From positions 1-24,944 of the forward strand of contig NZ_JBHSTI010000034.1 of assembly GCF_042660085.1 (NCBI RefSeq): a DNA stretch of 24,944 nucleotides. The letters are read 5' to 3'. Under the pieces are notes generated by a model. It had not been told where the DNA came from and searched no databases. It saw only the letters and a list, made by a program, of their open reading frames with translations. The DNA comes from Longivirga aurantiaca (GTDB lineage Bacteria; Actinomycetota; Actinomycetes; S36-B12; CAIYMF01). Below are positions 20,037 through 24,944 of the stretch, piece by piece (the first letter of the stretch is position 1; the number at the start of each line of letters is the position of its first letter). Position numbers and translations under genes: made by a program.

Positions 20037-22352
20037 TCAGGGGGCGCCGGCGAGGAGGACGTCGAGCAGGCGGACGGCGCCGGCCTTGTCGAGCGGGTCG
20101 TTGCCGTTGCCGCACTTGGGCGACTGCACGCACGACGGGCATCCATCGGGGCACTCGCACGACGCGATCGCCTCGCGGGTCGCGGTGAGCCAGGTGCGCG
20201 CGGCGGTGAAGCCGCGCTCGGCGAAGCCGGCCCCGCCCGGGTGGCCGTCGTACACGAACACCGTCATCCGACCGGTGTCGGCGTGCATCGCGGTGGAGAC
20301 GCCGCCGATGTCCCAGCGGTCGCACGTGGCCACCAGGGGCAGCAGCCCGATCGACGCGTGCTCGGCCGCATGGGCAGCACCGGGTACGTCGACGTCGGCC
20401 AACGAGGCCGCGGCGAGCTGCTCGGCGGTGACGGTCCACCACACGGCCTGGGTGCGCAGGTGCCGCGGCGGCAGGCTGAGCGGCTCCTCGCCGAGCACCG
20501 TGCCGGTGAGGTAGCGGCGCTTCAGGTAGGCCACCACCTGGTTGGTCACCTCGACCTGGCCGTGCACGAGCTCGGCGTCGCCCCAGGCCTCGCGCGAGAT
20601 CTCGCCGACGATGCGGATGTCGGTCGTGTCGCGGGCCGACGTCGTGTAGTCGACCTCCTCGCGGTGCGCGACGGCGACGGCGTCCTCGAGGTCGAGATGG
20701 TCGACGAGGTACGTCGCGCCCTGGTGCACGTAGACCGCGCCGGTGTGCACGGTGGTGTGCGAGGCACCGGGATCGACCGTGCCGAGCATGCGGCCGGTGC
20801 CGTCCTCGACCACGCGCACCATGCCCCCGCCGATGCCGCGCAGGTCGGCGAGGTCGCTGGCCCGCTCGGGCCTGGTCCAGAACCAGCCGCCGGGACGCCG
20901 CCGCAGCAGCCCGCGCTCGACCAGCGCCGCCAGCACCTCGGCCGTGGTCGGGCCGAATCGGTCGAGCTCGTCCTCGGTCAGCGGCAGCTCGGCCGCGGCA
21001 GCGCAGAGGTGGGGGCCGAGCACGTACGGGTTCGTGGGGTCGCACACTGTCGCCTCGACGGGCGTCCCGAAGATCGACCCCGGGTGGTGCACGAGATAGG
21101 TGTCGAGCGGGTCGTCGCGCGCGACCAGGATCGCGAGCGCGTCGTCGCCCGAGCGCCCGGCCCGCCCGGCCTGCTGCCAGAGCGATGCGCGCGTGCCCGG
21201 CCATCCGCAGAGCAGCACGGCGTCGAGACCGGTGACGTCGACGCCGAGCTCGAGCGCGTTGGTCGCCGCGACGCCGAGCAGACGGCCGTCGCGCAGCTGG
21301 GCCTCGAGCTCGCGGCGCTCCTCCGGCAGGTAGCCCGCGCGGTACGCCGCCACACGCGTCGCGAGGTCGGGCCCGACCTCGGCCAGCGAGTCGCGCGCCG
21401 TCATCGCGACGGCCTCGGCCCCGCGCCTCGACCGGACGAAGGCCAGCGTGCGCACACCCTCGACCACGAGGTCGGTGAGCAGCATCGCCGTCTCGGCCGT
21501 CGCGGAACGCCGGGTGGGGGCGTCGTTCTCGCCGCCGTGGTCGGTGAGCGGCGGCTCCCACAGCGCGAACTGCGTCGACCCGCGGGGTGAGGCGTCGTCG
21601 TCCACCGCCACCACCGGCAGCCCGGTGAGGCGCGACGTCGAGCCCGCGGGGTCGCCGGCCGTGGCCGACGCGAGGACGAACGTGGGCGAGGCGCCGTACC
21701 TCTCGCACACGCGCTGGAGCCGGCGCAGCACGTTGGCCACGTGCGACCCGAAGACGCCGCGGTAGACGTGGCACTCGTCGACCACGACGTACTGCAGCTG
21801 CCGCAGGAACGACGCCCAGCGCTCGTGCCCCGGCAGCATCGATCGGTGGAGCAGGTCGGGGTTGGTCAGCACGTAGCCGGCGTGCTGCCGGATCCATGCG
21901 CGCTCCTCGTCGGGTGTGTCGCCGTCGTACGCCGAGACCCGCAGCCGGTCGAGGCCCAGCTCGGCGATCGAGCGCCACTGGTCGTGCGCGAGGGCCTTGG
22001 TGGGGGAGAGATAGAGCGCGGTCGCGCCACGGCCGTTGGGCGCGTGCGTGCCCTCGAGCACGGAGGTGAGCGCTGGCAGCAGGTAGGCCAGCGACTTGCC
22101 GGACGCCGTGCCCGTCGCGACGACGACGTGCCGGCCCGCCCGGGCGTGCTCGGCGGCGTCGGCCTGGTGGGCCCAGGGGTTGCTCACGCCGCGATGAGCA
22201 AGGGCGTCACGCAGCTCGGGCGCCACCCAGTCAGGCCAGCCGACGGCCGTACCGGTGCGCGCCGGCACGTGCTCGACGTGCAGGAGCCGGTCGGGGCGGC
22301 CCGCCGCGAGCCGCGCGAGCAGCTGCTCGGGGGCGGCGGGCGGGAGGGGCAC
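20037..22352 (-). CDS. DECH-box superfamily-2 helicase with a C-terminal DUF1998 zinc module (helicase/secretion neighbourhood helicase; Rv3649/MrfA-like)
   Basis: Walker A ATGTASGKS. DECH box VVVDECHVY. Further helicase motifs SAT and QQAGRAGR. The C-terminal module is CECPDGCPSCVQSPKCGNGN. I prefer GTG 22352, which has GGAGGA 7 nt upstream, over the track start at 22379. Confidence 0.9.
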   Translation of the reverse strand: MPLPPAAPEQLLARLAAGRPDRLLHVEHVPARTGTAVGWPDWVAPELRDALAHRGVSNPWAHQADAAEHARAGRHVVVATGTASGKSLAYLLPALTSVLEGTHAPNGRGATALYLSPTKALAHDQWRSIAELGLDRLRVSAYDGDTPDEERAWIRQHAGYVLTNPDLLHRSMLPGHERWASFLRQLQYVVVDECHVYRGVFGSHVANVLRRLQRVCERYGASPTFVLASATAGDPAGSTSRLTGLPVVAVDDDASPRGSTQFALWEPPLTDHGGENDAPTRRSATAETAMLLTDLVVEGVRTLAFVRSRRGAEAVAMTARDSLAEVGPDLATRVAAYRAGYLPEERRELEAQLRDGRLLGVAATNALELGVDVTGLDAVLLCGWPGTRASLWQQAGRAGRSGDDALAILVARDDPLDTYLVHHPGSIFGTPVEATVCDPTNPYVLGPHLCAAAAELPLTEDELDRFGPTTAEVLAALVERGLLRRRPGGWFWTRPERASDLADLRGIGGGMVRVVEDGTGRMLGTVDPGASHTTVHTGAVYVHQGATYLVDHLDLEDAVAVAHREEVDYTTSARDTTDIRIVGEISREAWGDAELVHGQVEVTNQVVAYLKRRYLTGTVLGEEPLSLPPRHLRTQAVWWTVTAEQLAAASLADVDVPGAAHAAEHASIGLLPLVATCDRWDIGGVSTAMHADTGRMTVFVYDGHPGGAGFAERGFTAARTWLTATREAIASCECPDGCPSCVQSPKCGNGNDPLDKAGAVRLLDVLLAGAP

Positions 22353-22500
22353 GGGCCGATCCTCCCCGACGCCGCCCACAGGGGCGACGAGAGGCCGTGC
22401 AGGTCATGACAGCGGTTGCAGGTGCGAGGAGCCGCCGGGTGCCCGCCGGGTGTGACGCAGCCCGCACCGGGGGGCCCGTGGCCCAGGTCACAGCCGTGCG

Positions 22501-22506
22501 TAGACT
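22501..22506 (+). promoter_or_regulatory. Candidate -10 box TAGACT for hppA
   Basis: This is the only TANNNT I found in the helicase/hppA divergent region. It would give a leader of about 73 nt. No clear -35 element. Confidence 0.25.
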
Positions 22507-22585
22507 CCGGCGCACCGAGGGTCCGGCGCGCCCCTCCCGGCTCTGTGGCGGGCGGCGGACCCCCTCCCCTGTTCAAGGAGACTGC

Positions 22586-24944
22586 ATGTCCGGGTCGACG
22601 ATCGCCGCCGTCAGCGGCGTGGACGTCGCGGGCGGGAACTACACCCTGGTAGTCGTCGTGGCGCTCGTCGCGCTCGTGGCTCTCGGTGTCGCTCTCGTCC
22701 TCGTCCGTCAGGTGCTCGCAGCGAGCGAGGGCACCGCGAAGATGCAGGAGATCGCCGGCGCGGTCCAGGAAGGCGCGGCGGCCTACCTAAGCCGTCAGTT
22801 CCGCACCCTGGCCGTCTTCGCCGTGATCGCCGTCATCGCCCTCCTCTTCCTGCCGGTGCCCGGCATCGACGAGTTCTGGTCGGGCCCGAAGATCGGTCGC
22901 TCGATCTTCTTCGTCGTCGGCGCGGTGTTCTCCGGCATCACGGGCTACGTCGGCATGTGGCTCGCGGTCCGCGGCAACGTCCGCGTCGCTGCGGCGGCCA
23001 ACGACTCCGGCGAGCAGGCCGCGATGAAGATCGCGTTCCGCACCGGTGGCGTCGCGGGCATGTTCACCGTGGGCCTCGGCCTCTTCGGTGCCGCGCTCGT
23101 CGTACTGCTCTACAAGGGCGACGCCCCGACGGTGCTCGAGGGCTTCGGCTTCGGTGCCGCGCTGCTCGCGATGTTCATGCGTGTCGGCGGCGGCATCTTC
23201 ACCAAGGCTGCGGACGTCGGCGCCGACCTCGTCGGCAAGGTCGAGCAGGGCATCCCCGAGGACGACCCGCGCAACGCCGCGACGATCGCCGACAACGTCG
23301 GCGACAACGTCGGCGACTGCGCCGGCATGGCGGCCGACCTCTTCGAGTCGTACGCCGTCACCCTCGTCGCCGCGCTGATCCTCGGCAAGGTGGCCTTCGG
23401 CGACGTCGGCCTCGTCTACCCGCTGGTCGTGCCGGCGATCGGCGTCCTCACCGCGATCATCGGCATCTTCGCCGTGGCCCCGCGCCCCGGCGACCGCTCG
23501 GGCATGTCGGCGATCAACCGAGGCTTCTTCATCTCGGCCGGTGTGTCGATCGTGCTGGTGTCGATCGCGACGTTCCTGATCCTTCCGGACAAGGTCGTCA
23601 CGCTCAGGGGCGTCGTGGTCGAGAACCTCGGCCTCGTGAACGTCGACTCGTTCAACCCGCGCGTGCTCGCCATCGGCGCCGTGATCATCGGCATCGTGCT
23701 CGCAGCCCTCATCCAGCTGCTCACCGGCTACTTCACCGAGACCAACCGCAAGCCGGTCGACGACGTCTCGGCGTCCTCGCTCACCGGCCCGGCCACGGTG
23801 ATCCTCGCCGGCATCTCGGTCGGCCTCGAGTCGGCCGTCTACTCCGCCCTGCTCATCGGCGCAGCGGTGTACGGCGCGTTCCTGCTCGGCGGCGGCTCGA
23901 TCGTGCTGTCGCTGTTCGCGATCGCGCTCGCCGGCTGCGGGCTGCTCACCACCGTCGGCGTCATCGTCTCGATGGACACCTTCGGCCCGGTGTCGGACAA
24001 CGCCCAGGGCATCGCGGAGATGTCCGGCGACGTCACCGAGGAGGGCGCCAAGGTGCTCACCTCGCTCGACGCCGTCGGCAACACCACCAAGGCGATCACC
24101 AAGGGCATCGCGATCGCGACCGCCGTGCTCGCGGCGACCGCGCTGTTCGGCGCGTTCCGCGACACGGTCGTCAACGCGACGCTGGCGGCGATCAACAAGG
24201 TCGGCGTCGTCGTCCCGGACCCGGTCGACCAGAACCAGTACCGCGCGATCCTCGACATCAGCAACCCGAGCAACCTCGTGGGCCTGATCATCGGTGCGGC
24301 GGTCGTGTTCCTGTTCTCCGGCCTCGCCATCAACGCGGTGTCCCGCGCTGCCGGCGCGGTGATCTTCGAGGTGCGCCGCCAGTTCCGCGAGCACCCCGGG
24401 ATCATGGAGGGCACCGAGAAGCCGGAGTACGGCAAGGTCGTCGACATCGTCACGCGCGACTCGCTCCGTGAGCTCATCACGCCGGGTCTGCTGGCGGTCC
24501 TCACCCCGATCGCCGTCGGCTTCGGTCTCGGCATCGGCGCGCTGGGCTCGTACCTCGCCGGCACCATCGCCACCGGTGTCCTCATGGCGGTGTTCCTGTC
24601 CAACTCCGGTGGGGCCTGGGACAACGCGAAGAAGTTCGTCGAGGACGGTCACTACGGCGGCAAGGGCTCCGAGGCCCACGCGGCCACGGTCATCGGCGAC
24701 ACGGTCGGCGACCCGTTCAAGGACACCGCCGGCCCGTCGATCAACCCGCTGATCAAGGTCATGAACCTCGTGGCCCTGCTCGTGGCTCCCGCCGTCGTGG
24801 GTCTCTGGCTCGCCGGCGGCGCCTGGACCGGTCGGGCCATCGCGCTCGTCGCGGTGCTCGCGATCGTGGCGTCGATCATCGTCACCAAGCGCCGCCCGAT
24901 CGCGGTCGGCGAGGTCGAGCACGACGAGCCGGCGCCGGTCGCGA
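22586..24944 (+). CDS. hppA: Membrane-bound H+-translocating inorganic pyrophosphatase, K+-independent subtype; the stop lies beyond the right edge
   Basis: Absent from the track because it is open-ended. The ATG at 22586 follows AAGGAG. My translation reads MSGSTIAAVSG...MQEIAGAVQEGAAAYLSRQFRT...GGIFTKAADVGADLVGKVEQGIPEDDPRNAATIADNVGDNVGDCAGMAADLFESY...DAVGNTTKAITKGIAI. The Lys in GNTTKA (codon at 24089-24091) is the K+-independence signature. The 711-aa minus-strand ORF here is its antisense artefact. Confidence 0.95.
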   Translation, partial: MSGSTIAAVSGVDVAGGNYTLVVVVALVALVALGVALVLVRQVLAASEGTAKMQEIAGAVQEGAAAYLSRQFRTLAVFAVIAVIALLFLPVPGIDEFWSGPKIGRSIFFVVGAVFSGITGYVGMWLAVRGNVRVAAAANDSGEQAAMKIAFRTGGVAGMFTVGLGLFGAALVVLLYKGDAPTVLEGFGFGAALLAMFMRVGGGIFTKAADVGADLVGKVEQGIPEDDPRNAATIADNVGDNVGDCAGMAADLFESYAVTLVAALILGKVAFGDVGLVYPLVVPAIGVLTAIIGIFAVAPRPGDRSGMSAINRGFFISAGVSIVLVSIATFLILPDKVVTLRGVVVENLGLVNVDSFNPRVLAIGAVIIGIVLAALIQLLTGYFTETNRKPVDDVSASSLTGPATVILAGISVGLESAVYSALLIGAAVYGAFLLGGGSIVLSLFAIALAGCGLLTTVGVIVSMDTFGPVSDNAQGIAEMSGDVTEEGAKVLTSLDAVGNTTKAITKGIAIATAVLAATALFGAFRDTVVNATLAAINKVGVVVPDPVDQNQYRAILDISNPSNLVGLIIGAAVVFLFSGLAINAVSRAAGAVIFEVRRQFREHPGIMEGTEKPEYGKVVDIVTRDSLRELITPGLLAVLTPIAVGFGLGIGALGSYLAGTIATGVLMAVFLSNSGGAWDNAKKFVEDGHYGGKGSEAHAATVIGDTVGDPFKDTAGPSINPLIKVMNLVALLVAPAVVGLWLAGGAWTGRAIALVAVLAIVASIIVTKRRPIAVGEVEHDEPAPVA

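Noticed and set aside
17094-21978. 1498-aa plus-strand and 1626-aa minus-strand ORFs across the pilin, CoA-transferase, nucleotidyltransferase and helicase region
   Set aside because: Same low-complexity Arg/Pro/Gly composition. They overlap genes that have clear catalytic motifs in other frames.
22787-24922. 711-aa minus-strand ORF at the right end
   Set aside because: It is the antisense shadow of the plus-strand H+-pyrophosphatase gene, whose translation contains the diagnostic PPase motifs. The ORF product is only a low-complexity Asp/Arg/Gly/Glu/His-rich sequence.

Overview
High-GC, densely coding chromosomal segment of actinobacterial type. No rRNA, tRNA, CRISPR array, transposase or integrase was seen. 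Layout, left to right: (1) A minus-strand operon of a LytS-type histidine kinase, a LytTR response regulator, a DUF485 protein and an ActP-like symporter, which runs off the left edge. (2) A divergent gene for a degenerate Fic-like protein, as I recall the Rv3662c/SCO3559 type. (3) About 400 bp of visibly lower-GC non-coding sequence, a candidate Ms1/6S-like RNA locus. (4) A SAM methyltransferase and a small zinc-ribbon ORF. (5) The stand-out: four tandem, diverged paralogs (5912-11960, minus strand) lying directly downstream of a membrane-anchored HAD phosphatase gene. Each encodes a single-pass membrane protein with a conserved acidic N-terminal peptide and a three-module ectodomain carrying six Cys, and I cannot assign them to any named family. 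(6) The conserved actinobacterial helicase/secretion neighbourhood: ssd (cpaE-like), tadA, tadB, tadC, flp (DUF4244), tadE, a TadE-like gene and a DECH-box/DUF1998 helicase. A CoA-transferase and a nucleotidyltransferase lie between the pilin genes and the helicase. (7) A membrane H+-pyrophosphatase that runs off the right edge. The two edge genes are missing from the supplied ORF track because they are open-ended. Many very long track ORFs are Arg/Pro/Ala-rich off-frame or antisense artefacts of high GC. Non-coding signals: a perfect 26-bp-arm palindrome in the divergent kinase/Fic-like promoter region, and a related AT-rich inverted repeat after the helicase. A TCGTCCACAG direct-repeat pair occurs upstream of both ssd and flp. 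Three genes have leaderless-type geometry (TANNNT, 6 nt, start codon). There is a strong hairpin between tadC and flp, and a 14-bp tandem repeat that folds as a hairpin. All calls come from reading the sequence by eye. No database search or RNA folding was run.
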